Shown here: in pieces, positions 1 to 8,372 of the stretch
How positions within the stretch are numbered: position 1 is the first letter of the stretch
How the letters are laid out: each line of letters opens with the position of its first letter
Source: Candidatus Scalindua sp.
GTDB taxonomy: Bacteria > Planctomycetota > Brocadiia > Brocadiales > Scalinduaceae
DNA length: 32,000 nucleotides
NCBI GenBank assembly: GCA_031316235.1
Contig: JALDRA010000001.1
Coordinates: 1,980,001-2,012,000, forward strand
Direction: 5' to 3'
Notes under the pieces: generated by a model
Told to the model about the DNA's origin: nothing
The model's database searches: none
Seen by the model: the letters and a program-made list of their open reading frames with translations, nothing else
Program-made: the position numbers and the translations under genes

Positions 1-1737
1 CTCGCCATTGCCCTCTAACTTGATCTCATCGTCATCAGAGTGCAGATAGTATGCAGGAATTTCCTCCAATACGAGATTTTGTGGGAATGGGATCCCCATA
101 TCTCTTTCCAGTATCTCTCTGATAGGAGGAGAAAGCACCCCAACACATGGATTAAGTTGTTTTTTCTCGCCATAATCCTTACCCTCATATAGTACGATAT
201 TCAACTCCTTGTTACGTTTCCTGGCTAACCTGCTGAGGGTAATAGCGCATGCCGTTCCTGCAGGTCCTCCACCAATAATCACAACCGTTTGACCATCTTC
301 AAGCGGACCAAATCCTTTATTTGCCATATCTTCTAACCGCTTCTCATGCCTTAACTCCCTGCCGCCAATAGTATATTCAATCGACAGCCTTACGAAGGCT
401 GTGAGAATGATGGGGAGCAGCTTTATCTGCAGAATCGAATGGATGGCCTTGAAGAATGTCACTTTGTAGGGTGTGCTTCCTGTAAATAGATTCCATAAAA
501 CGTCTAACTGTCTCTTGACGATGGTCGAATCTTTGCCTGTTCGAAGGAGTGCCAAGTAACTGGATGAAATATGTCTTCTGGAAGTTAAAAAATCATTAAG
601 AGCAAATATCTTACTGCCATAATAGCTATCAGATCCGAAGAGTTTCTTGACAGGTTTATGATAACCCTTTAAGAAAGCCTCCTTTGAAACTCCTGATTCA
701 AATATGGAACGTGCTGCTATTTCAGAGGCAACAAAAGCTGATTCAATACCGTTTTTAAAATATCGGGAGATTCCTGCGCTTCCCGTAATAACAAACCGGT
801 GAGTAAACGGATGCTTAGCTGACCTGGTTTGTATCCTGGGAAAACAGATACAATGTTTCTTTGGCATCTTGAAGCCTTCCGGAAACATGTGACGGACTAC
901 AGGGTGACCCATAAATTCAAGCAAATGGGCCTTGTTCAAGTCAGTATTACCAATCAATGAAACCGTTACATAATCACCCCTTGGCGTAATAGTAGCATAC
1001 TTTACTGATTTCATTCCAATCGAAAAGAGGTGAATCCTGTTCTTGAAATTTTTTTGAACATCCTCCTCCCCGAGAAAGATCTCTGCCTGGCACACCCTTA
1101 CGGTTCGAGGTGGTATATAACCAAACTCTAATTTCCTTATTTTATCCAGTATGCCGGTGTTCAACCCGAATGCCCCCACTACAAGGTCTGCGAGAAGTTC
1201 TTCTCGTACCTCTTCTTTCCCGTAAACTATTTTTATCCGGTCTGTCGGGTTTGATGGTAAGACAATATCTTTCACCAGCTGATAACGTACGGTTACCCCC
1301 ATGCTCTCCACATGGCTTAAAAGAAATCTGTCAAAACTTATACACTCAGATTGCTGTGAATACATAGGGCCGTTACCCCTGAATACCGTCACTATTTTTT
1401 TGTCAGGTGATGGTTTTGGGTTGCCTATCTCGATACCCCCGTCTTGAGTTTGGAAATAATAGCCATCAATTACACTCTCTATGCATTTATCAGGTAAAAG
1501 TATGTTTTGGCCCTTTAATTCTCCATACAGTTTTTCAGAAATAACACCCGCACAGAGGTTGCAGCCACGGGGTCCTTTCTGGTTGAAATCTTTCCCCTCA
1601 AATATCGATATCTTGATATTGATACCTCGTTCCCTGGCAAACAGAGATGCAAAGTGGGCAAAGAAAGACCCGGCAGGGCCTCCACCAATAATGACGATGT
1701 GTGAACCCTCTTTAAGGATAAAATTTTTATCTGCCAT
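1..1737 (-). CDS. FAD-dependent oxidoreductase, two-module fusion (paralog 2 joined in frame to a third FAD-binding module); 3' end runs off the window
   Basis: Absent from the ORF track because it has no stop inside the window. Manual minus-strand translation from ATG 1737 gives MADKNFILKEGSHIVIIGGGPAGSFFAHFASLFARERG...KGPRGCNLCAGVISEKL..., colinear with the 469-aa neighbour. I translated every codon and the frame stays open down to base 1. After ...LSIEYTIGGRELRHEKRLED a new Rossmann start, MANKGFGPLEDGQTVVIIGGGPAGTACAITL, begins at ATG 327..325 with no intervening stop. Confidence 0.7.
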   Translation of the reverse strand, partial: MADKNFILKEGSHIVIIGGGPAGSFFAHFASLFARERGINIKISIFEGKDFNQKGPRGCNLCAGVISEKLYGELKGQNILLPDKCIESVIDGYYFQTQDGGIEIGNPKPSPDKKIVTVFRGNGPMYSQQSECISFDRFLLSHVESMGVTVRYQLVKDIVLPSNPTDRIKIVYGKEEVREELLADLVVGAFGLNTGILDKIRKLEFGYIPPRTVRVCQAEIFLGEEDVQKNFKNRIHLFSIGMKSVKYATITPRGDYVTVSLIGNTDLNKAHLLEFMGHPVVRHMFPEGFKMPKKHCICFPRIQTRSAKHPFTHRFVITGSAGISRYFKNGIESAFVASEIAARSIFESGVSKEAFLKGYHKPVKKLFGSDSYYGSKIFALNDFLTSRRHISSSYLALLRTGKDSTIVKRQLDVLWNLFTGSTPYKVTFFKAIHSILQIKLLPIILTAFVRLSIEYTIGGRELRHEKRLEDMANKGFGPLEDGQTVVIIGGGPAGTACAITLSRLARKRNKELNIVLYEGKDYGEKKQLNPCVGVLSPPIREILERDMGIPFPQNLVLEEIPAYYLHSDDDEIKLEGNGE

Positions 1738-1766
1738 ATCAATACCCGGTGTTTCTCAGATCCTTT

Positions 1767-3176
1767 CTATACATTTTTCAGATTACCAATCCGTTTGAAC
1801 CAGGTGAACACACCTGATATCGTGTTCCATGCCAGTGTGATCACGTCCTTCGGAACTGTCTTTGATAACAGCCGGGGATTTAATGCCTTATAAAATATTT
1901 CTTTATAGGGGATGTTTCCCGTTAACATGTTCCAGAGTATATCGTTCATTTGATCTGCAGTCCGCTTATCTTTGTCAGATTTTAAAAATTTAATGTGGCT
2001 GTTTGCTACCTGTCTTTGAGATGACAGATAATCGTTTATTTTTAACATAATGAGACCATACCGATTGTCACGGGCAAGGATACGTTTGGCAGGTTTAAAA
2101 TATCCATTCATGAATGCCGTTTCAGATATTCCCTGCTTAAAAGCGGTATAAGCCGAAAGCTTTGCCATATTAAAGGCGGATTCAATACCGCTTTTGTACG
2201 ACCGAGAGATGCTCGCATCCCCTAAAATAACAATCCTGTCTGTAAAAGGGTGCTTTGCATAATTTACCGGAATCCTGGAAATACACATGCAGAAACTCTT
2301 CGGTATTTCCCACTCCTGTGGCATCAGCCTCCTTACCGCAGGCTGATCCAGGAAGTCTATGAGATGATTTCTCGTCAGGTCCTCTCTTCCCACCAGGTTT
2401 ACCGTGACATAGTCTGCCTTTGGTGTAATGGACGCAAACTTGAGTTCTTTCTTGCCGAGTGCGAAAACAAAGATACTATTGCCGAAAACCCTTTCAATAT
2501 GCTCAGTACCCAGCATTATCTCACACTGACACGTTCGAACGGTTTTCGGTGGTTTATAACCGAAACCCATCTGGGCAACCTTTTCCATCATCCCGGTATT
2601 TACACCAAAGGCACCAGCTACCAGATCAGCTTCAGTTTCCTTTCTTGATGCTCCGTCTCCGGTTATTAACCTGACAGGACCGATGTGTCCGGGGGACACT
2701 TTTATTTCCTTTACAACATCAGGGATTATCTCTACCCCCTTTTTTTTAACATGGTGCAAGAGTAAATCATCGAAGCTGATATTGCCTTCATGTGGGGACA
2801 AGAGCGGCCCATTTCCGCGAAATACCGTGACAATATCTGGTATGTGTCCTGGTACAGGATGATGGAGCAGCACACTGTCGTCCGGTGTTTGGAAACAATA
2901 GGCTTCTATTTTTCTCTGAATACAGGATTGCCCGATACCTATTCCCTCTTTTTGCAGATTAGTAAATAAATTTTCTGATATGACACCGGCGCACATGTTG
3001 CAACCCTGCGGGCCCTTGTGGCAGAAGCTCTTCTTGTCATATATTTTTATGGAGACATCAATGCCCTTCTCTTCGGCGTAGCGCGATGCAAAATGGGCAA
3101 AAAAACTACCCGCAGGCCCCCCGCCAATTATGGCGATCCTGGAACCATCTTTCAGAAAAAGTGTGCTATCGTGCAT
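1767..3176 (-). CDS. FAD-dependent oxidoreductase (geranylgeranyl-reductase-like flavoprotein fold), paralog 1
   Basis: 469-aa ORF. It has an N-terminal dinucleotide-binding motif IAIIGGGPAGSFFAH, a conserved KGPQGCNMCAGVIS motif and a late GDA motif (ILGDASISRSYKSGIESA). By eye, roughly half of the first ~160 residues are identical to the downstream paralog. Confidence 0.7.
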   Translation of the reverse strand: MHDSTLFLKDGSRIAIIGGGPAGSFFAHFASRYAEEKGIDVSIKIYDKKSFCHKGPQGCNMCAGVISENLFTNLQKEGIGIGQSCIQRKIEAYCFQTPDDSVLLHHPVPGHIPDIVTVFRGNGPLLSPHEGNISFDDLLLHHVKKKGVEIIPDVVKEIKVSPGHIGPVRLITGDGASRKETEADLVAGAFGVNTGMMEKVAQMGFGYKPPKTVRTCQCEIMLGTEHIERVFGNSIFVFALGKKELKFASITPKADYVTVNLVGREDLTRNHLIDFLDQPAVRRLMPQEWEIPKSFCMCISRIPVNYAKHPFTDRIVILGDASISRSYKSGIESAFNMAKLSAYTAFKQGISETAFMNGYFKPAKRILARDNRYGLIMLKINDYLSSQRQVANSHIKFLKSDKDKRTADQMNDILWNMLTGNIPYKEIFYKALNPRLLSKTVPKDVITLAWNTISGVFTWFKRIGNLKNV

Positions 3177-3821
3177 AGTGTTTATGTGCCTCTCTCGTTA
3201 CACCTTGTTCATTTTAACGGCAAGTTCTTTTTTGTTCCGATCTTCTCATCACCCGATTACCGGATATCAGGGTAAACAGTACTTGCGGTCTAACACAAGC
3301 TGATAATAGTGGTCATGCTCAATGCGTCATGTGGTAAAGCACTATCAGGGATTTCAAAAAAACAGGAGATTTTATAATCTGCATGGCTTATCAGCTTCAT
3401 CGGGCAGTCTCTTCTTCTTACTATTCCCAATAAAAAAGCCTTGCCACCGAGAGATACAGAGATCACGACTTCGGTAGCAAGGCTATATTTTCTAAGTACA
3501 CACAGAGTAACGCAGCGGGTTAAAAAACCGTCTGCTTTGCGTTCCCGATTGCTCAGGGTATGCCTTTGTCGTGAGACTTAAATATTTTTATCAGATAGGA
3601 TACACTTAAGGTATTACGTTTCATCTATCGAAAAAAACAGGCCACACGGCCCGCATAATCGTCCCGGGATCGTAACAGCCTTTCCTGATCATCGATAGTG
3701 TAGAGTTCAATATACTCCCTCTCTTTTGGATTGTAAACAGAATTTTTGTTTTCACTCAATGGCGGGAAGTAAAAGAGAGGTCTTTAAATGTCACTCTTTT
3801 CTGAATGATTTCCCTGAAAAA

Positions 3822-3862
3822 CCAAAAAAAATAGCGCATCCACTCTGCAGCGGATGCGCTAT
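3822..3862 (-). terminator. Rho-independent terminator of the cytochrome c / HAO-like operon
   Basis: Perfect 11-bp stem: ATAGCGCATCC at 3831-3841 pairs with GGATGCGCTAT at 3852-3862, with a 10-nt loop. On the minus strand a U-run follows (plus-strand A-run 3824-3830). It lies about 125 nt downstream of the HAO stop. Confidence 0.65.
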
Positions 3863-3985
3863 TAGAACCTGTACTAACATCTAGATCTCATCATTCTCGT
3901 AATTAAAACACTGCTGCCTCACAGATACAGCAATTACTATTTACCCGGCAGACTTAAATGAGCCGGTAGATACTTATCCAGCGAC

Positions 3986-5638
3986 TCAATGTTTGTAATT
4001 TGGAGTCATACCGAGTTTTTTCTCCAATGCGGCCTCTCTTCGCATCCTTGCCGCTTCGGATTGAATGTTGCCCAACTCCTGCAACATAGGAGACTGCCCC
4101 CACCACCACATGATATCCTGCTGGACATGGGCATAACCTTTGTAGCCCTGTAGCTTATACCAGAACCACATCTTGGCATACGATGTCTCAATCTGGGTAG
4201 GATTACCCTCTCCCTGATAAAACAGGGGATAGACACCGAGAATAGGACCAACGACCGGTACCCTGCCACCGGTTGATTTAAATGCATTCCAAACACCTTC
4301 TCCAAGTAACGATGCAGGCAGGACATCAGCAAGCCAGTCACCGCCGGGATAGATATCCCGCTCTGCAGCTGATGGATAGAGAATATCGTCAGCAATAAGA
4401 TCGTCAATAATCTTTTGCGCCTGATCTGTCAGCTTGAATGCCTGGAACATGTAATCATCGAGCTGAGTAAGCCAGCCGTCTGCAAAACGAGGGCTGTGAC
4501 AGTTCGAGCAGAGCTCTATCCATTTATCCCTCTTATCAAGGTTCTCATCAGAATGTACGTCAATCTTATCAGCAATGATCTTTATCCCGTAAGGATAATC
4601 CTTAAGAGATGATTCATATTCGATATTTGACGGAGGTATTACTCCCATTCGCCAGATGCCCTTTGAAACGAAGTTGTGGGTAAATGTATCAGCACCCTGA
4701 TACATATGACAGAACTGACAGGTTGGTGTTCGGTACTCTTCACCAACTAAAACATGTGCAAGAGGTTTATCAAAGTTGTAGTGCTCCTCTTCAAGTTCAT
4801 AAATCTTTCCGTGCTTTGATTCACCGTAAGATTCAGCGTCTGGATGATCAGGTCCCATGTGACAGGTCATACAGGCCTCAGGCCTTCTCGCTTCAGCTGC
4901 CGAAAATGAGTGTCTCGTATGACAGGGATCACATTTGTCTGTAGCGCCGTGACACATATCACATCCGGCATTTCCGGCTCCAAACCCTCTCCTGTATGCC
5001 TCCTGATACCAGGGAACATGAACATTCGATTCAAGTGTCTGGATATGGTTGGGCCTGCCGTGATCCTTTTCGCTTGCAAATTCGGTAACCTGTCTTGCAT
5101 GACATTCGCTGCAGTCCCCGGCTGTAGGTAGCCTGATCTCCATTGTTTCTTTATTCACATGACAGTCATAACAATCAACTACGACAATCTCTTTCCCTAT
5201 GCTCTCTTCAATGATCTTTGTCTTTCGAGCAATGATTTCTGTCTTCCTGGGATTATAATGCGCAGATGTCTTCCAATCTTCAATGGCACCGGTGTTTATC
5301 TCCTCATGACACCTGATACAGAGATCCCTGCGCTCCTTTTCAATAAAGAGAGAATGGTCCATCCGTGTAGGAGGCTCATAATGTCTCCCGGGATACATAT
5401 ACATGTTCATGAATGCTGGTTTATAATAGTCTTTGAACAGACCGGCACCCTCTTTCAGGCCTACATTGTCCGCAAAAACCCCCTTATACCAATCGGGAAA
5501 CCCCTCATAAATATCAACATATTTCGGTACATATGGTTTCTTTTCCTCTTCGTGCGCCTGGACAAGGCCGGAGCAAAGAATGGCCATGGTTAGCAGGCAC
5601 GCGCTCAGGAAAAACCGCAGATTTTTTACATACATCAT
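3986..5638 (-). CDS. hao: Octaheme hydroxylamine-oxidoreductase-like cytochrome c (HAO family), secreted
   Basis: Eight CxxCH motifs: CIRCH, CYDCH, CSECH, CDMCH, CDPCH, CMTCH, CQFCH, CSNCH. Signal peptide ...LLTMAILCSGLVQA/HEEE. Size and tryptophan-rich C-terminus are typical of anammox HAO paralogs. Start moved to the ATG at 5638 (MMYVKNL...) because AAGGAG sits about 10 nt upstream, whereas the track start at 5647 directly abuts the SD. Confidence 0.9.
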   Translation of the reverse strand: MMYVKNLRFFLSACLLTMAILCSGLVQAHEEEKKPYVPKYVDIYEGFPDWYKGVFADNVGLKEGAGLFKDYYKPAFMNMYMYPGRHYEPPTRMDHSLFIEKERRDLCIRCHEEINTGAIEDWKTSAHYNPRKTEIIARKTKIIEESIGKEIVVVDCYDCHVNKETMEIRLPTAGDCSECHARQVTEFASEKDHGRPNHIQTLESNVHVPWYQEAYRRGFGAGNAGCDMCHGATDKCDPCHTRHSFSAAEARRPEACMTCHMGPDHPDAESYGESKHGKIYELEEEHYNFDKPLAHVLVGEEYRTPTCQFCHMYQGADTFTHNFVSKGIWRMGVIPPSNIEYESSLKDYPYGIKIIADKIDVHSDENLDKRDKWIELCSNCHSPRFADGWLTQLDDYMFQAFKLTDQAQKIIDDLIADDILYPSAAERDIYPGGDWLADVLPASLLGEGVWNAFKSTGGRVPVVGPILGVYPLFYQGEGNPTQIETSYAKMWFWYKLQGYKGYAHVQQDIMWWWGQSPMLQELGNIQSEAARMRREAALEKKLGMTPNYKH

Positions 5639-5689
5639 AACACACATTCTCCTTTAAGTTATTTTGTAAATTATAGAATCAATCATGTA

Positions 5690-6568
5690 CTACTCATGTC
5701 CATGACGTGCATGCTTCTCCTCTTTTATGGCAAGAGACTGTACAAAATGCACCAGGCTCCAGCGATCCTCGTCTGAAAGTTCTCTGGCAAAGGAAGGCAT
5801 TGGCGTACCATTGATACCGGTCGTGAACCTCAGGTAAATATCCCGGTTGGTCGCACCACCCTTAAATTTACCTGGTCGTGTAAAATCATAGGCCTGTATT
5901 GGAATTTCCCATTCATCTAACAGGTCATAACTGCTTGGGCCATCCCCATGTCCTTCTTCTCCATGACACTTCCAGCACTCTTTCTCAAAATAGAGCTCTT
6001 TTCCCCTGGCAATACTCTGCTTACTCGACGGAATCTCCCTTCCTATGGTTACCGGCGGTTCCGGTTTTCTGTATTGCCAGGCCTCTGAAAAGCTCTTTAA
6101 AACGGGAAGCAATGACTCGATCTGTTCCATTTCAAGTATATCCCATGGAATCATGGATGTACCATGAAGTCCGGTATATATAACATGAATAAGATCTGCA
6201 TCAGTCGGCAGAGAACCGGTTGGGTTGGTCCTTATCTTGTACTGCCCCTTTGTGAAATCCCTTGGTTTCGGATAGAGCGCATGCGCAAGTACTCCCCATC
6301 CATCTCCTTCTTCACCATGACATGCAGCACAGGATTTAAGGTAAAGGTCTTTCCCCATTAATAAATCCTTTGCAGGACTCTTTTCAGCGCTCACACTCTT
6401 TACATGACTAGCCGCCTTTTCAGCGCTTGCCGGCTTTTCAGTGCTGGGAGCCTTACTTTGAGACCAGACATTTTCCGCTGCCTGTACCGCTGCCATTTTA
6501 CAGAGGCATAGCATGGTAACTAAAACAAAAGCACTCAACAAAAATCTCTTCATCTTTAAATATCCCAC
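5690..6568 (-). CDS. Secreted diheme cytochrome c, probable redox partner of the HAO-like protein
   Basis: Two CxxCH motifs (CAACH, CWKCH), each in a class I cytochrome c-like module. Signal peptide KRFLLSAFVLVTMLCLCKMAAVQA, then a low-complexity Ser/Ala/Glu/Lys linker (SAEK repeated). Probable GTG start at 6568, 6 nt after AGGAGG; the track start at 6589 would contain that SD. It ends 51 nt upstream of the HAO start on the same strand. Confidence 0.8.
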   Translation of the reverse strand: MGYLKMKRFLLSAFVLVTMLCLCKMAAVQAAENVWSQSKAPSTEKPASAEKAASHVKSVSAEKSPAKDLLMGKDLYLKSCAACHGEEGDGWGVLAHALYPKPRDFTKGQYKIRTNPTGSLPTDADLIHVIYTGLHGTSMIPWDILEMEQIESLLPVLKSFSEAWQYRKPEPPVTIGREIPSSKQSIARGKELYFEKECWKCHGEEGHGDGPSSYDLLDEWEIPIQAYDFTRPGKFKGGATNRDIYLRFTTGINGTPMPSFARELSDEDRWSLVHFVQSLAIKEEKHARHGHE

Positions 6569-7126
6569 ATTCATCCTCCTAACTATCATAAAAAATTAAA
6601 ATCAAGCCATCGAGAAGCTATTCCGATAGGTTCCATTGTCGAAATACAGCAGAATCTAATGTCTTGAAAACAGAAGGACTCCATACTAAGACAATGTGCA
6701 CGAGACCATATGCGGAGGCAATTATACCAGCATTCTATAAAATTTCAAAAAAAATATTTTTAAAAAGGAATAACTCTTTTGAGCTCAGGAAGAATGTATG
6801 GTCAAAAATTTGTTCAGTATTTATTAAACAGGTTGTAAGGTGAAATAGTCCCGGTGATATTTAATACGAAATGTATTCGATCCGTACGCTTCATACATTC
6901 CGGCTATCATAATATCAGCAAAGTGAACCCGGCTGAACCCTGCCCTGTTTCGTCATTCAGACGGGTATCTATTCCTGTAGATACTGGCACTGAGGGTTGC
7001 CAGGTACTCTTTCGGGGATGAGTAAGCTATTTTGAAAGAGCAGCCTATTTCCGTGCCAGCCCTCTCAGGGTGCGCGAACCTTATTTTCCTGGTTGCGGGC
7101 AATAAAAACTTCTGTCATATTTGTGC

Positions 7127-7155
7127 TTGATTCCACCTTGAACATCTGTTATCAT
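7127..7155 (+). promoter_or_regulatory. Candidate sigma70-type promoter for the CBS-domain gene
   Basis: TTGATT (7127-7132), a 17-nt spacer, then TATCAT (7150-7155). This would give a leader of about 115 nt before ATG 7279. Pattern match only. Confidence 0.3.
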
Positions 7156-7278
7156 GTGCTCTTTTCCTCGTCAGGGGTTTCGTGAAACGCTCATTTCATG
7201 TGCAGTTTCCGGGGAGGAGATACCGCTATTGTTTTTTAACTAAACATATTTTTTAGGTGAATAACAGAGGATAAAACG

Positions 7279-7713
7279 ATGACAACGGTAAAAGAAATCT
7301 TAAAGGGGAAAACTGGCAGCGTTCTCACTATTTCTCCGCAGGAGTCTGTATACCGCGCATTAGAAATAATGGCTGAGAAGAACCTTGGCTCGTTGGTCGT
7401 GGTTGAAAACGAAAAAGTTGTTGGACTCTTTTCCGAACGGGAATATGCACGAAACATTGTCCTGAAAGGAAAAACGTCAAAAGACACTCCTGTTAAAGAG
7501 CTTATGAATAGTAAGGTTTGCTATGTAGGTCCTGAACAGACACTGGACGAGTGCCTTGTGTTGTTTACAGAAAAGCGCACCCGCCATTTACCCGTTCTCG
7601 ATGAGGGGAAGCTGGTTGGTATTATCAGCATCGGAGACGCGGTGAAACAGTACATAGCGGAAAAAGAATTTACCATAACACAACTTGAGAATTTCATTAC
7701 GGGAAGTTTGTAA
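7279..7713 (+). CDS. CBS-pair (Bateman) domain protein
   Basis: 144 aa made of two CBS repeats (…SPQESVYRALEIMAEKNLGSLVVVENEKVVGLFSERE… and …GPEQTLDECLVLFTEKRTRHLPVLDEGKLVGIISIGD…). Stand-alone, similar in architecture to hypoxic-response Hrp1-type proteins. AGAGGA SD 7 nt upstream. Confidence 0.85.
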   Translation: MTTVKEILKGKTGSVLTISPQESVYRALEIMAEKNLGSLVVVENEKVVGLFSEREYARNIVLKGKTSKDTPVKELMNSKVCYVGPEQTLDECLVLFTEKRTRHLPVLDEGKLVGIISIGDAVKQYIAEKEFTITQLENFITGSL

Positions 7714-8016
7714 CGTACAGCGGCTAAGAGTCTCATCAGCCTGTCTGCTCAGTAATTCAGGTTGATTTGCCGGGTGAAACCGGCCTTCCATGGGAAATAC
7801 CTGTACGAAACATGAGCTCTGCTCCATTCCGGGATAGAGCGTTTCAGCTGCCGCCCGGCGCCGTCACCGGTAACACCTCAAAAAGCAGTTCATACAGAAG
7901 TGACCACACTGCCTCCTTCTCTTGCACCCCCAACAATCCTTCAACATGTTCATCCCCTTTGGGGGGGTATTAAAACCAGAGACATATTGTCGTTAACAAA
8001 TCCCTTTCTTTACTCA

Positions 8017-8037
8017 TAATTGACAATCTGTCAATTA
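8017..8037. promoter_or_regulatory. Perfect 9-3-9 palindrome, candidate operator upstream of the FNT transporter gene
   Basis: TAATTGACA-ATC-TGTCAATTA, with arms that are exact reverse complements. It lies about 335 bp upstream of ATG 8373 in a 660-bp non-coding gap. Confidence 0.4.
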
Positions 8038-8372
8038 CAGCACCCGTTCGTTCATTTGCAAAAATTTCTAAAATTTTCGTATCTCCTAGTTTTGCAGATA
8101 GTTAGATCGCTACTTTTCGTTCCATCAGATTTTGGTATCGAGATTGCGCACATCTAACCGAGAAGCTGTTTCGAGACCAATATTTTCTGTAAATTTTTTA
8201 TGTGGTTTAATAGTGAACATGGAGGTGCACTATAGTTTATCCTGTTTTTTTAACCCATTTCCATGTGTGGAGCGAAGGAGGGCTGAATCAAAAAAGGGCT
8301 GTAGGAGTTGTATTTTGATCTTATTTTATATGTTCGAATTTTTCTTGTTTTATTAGGAGGGGGATAATTTAG

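Noticed and set aside
1110-1798. Track ORFs 1110-1367 (+), 1481-1798 (+) and 1515-1742 (-)
   Set aside because: They overlap the long minus-strand flavoprotein ORF, whose translation is colinear with its 469-aa paralog. They are shadow frames.
4006-5593. Overlapping and antisense ORFs on the HAO gene (4006-4407 on the same strand in another frame; 4415-4612, 4684-4944, 4910-5131 and 5159-5593 on the plus strand; 4867-5100 on the minus strand in another frame)
   Set aside because: All are nested within a gene that has eight heme motifs and a signal peptide. They have no SD or recognisable motifs, and their low-complexity composition is typical of shadow ORFs.
7767-7973. 68-aa ORF and neighbouring small ORFs in the CBS-FNT spacer, including a Cys-rich 29-codon minus-strand ORF near 7860-7950
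   Set aside because: They have low-complexity Ser/Pro/Thr-rich composition, no SD and no recognisable family. They are probably non-coding leader or spacer sequence.
8017-8037. Reading the palindrome as a canonical FNR/CRP/DNR box
   Set aside because: The half-sites are spaced TTGAC-N5-GTCAA (15 bp, odd centre), not TTGAT-N4-ATCAA. It is kept only as an unassigned operator candidate.
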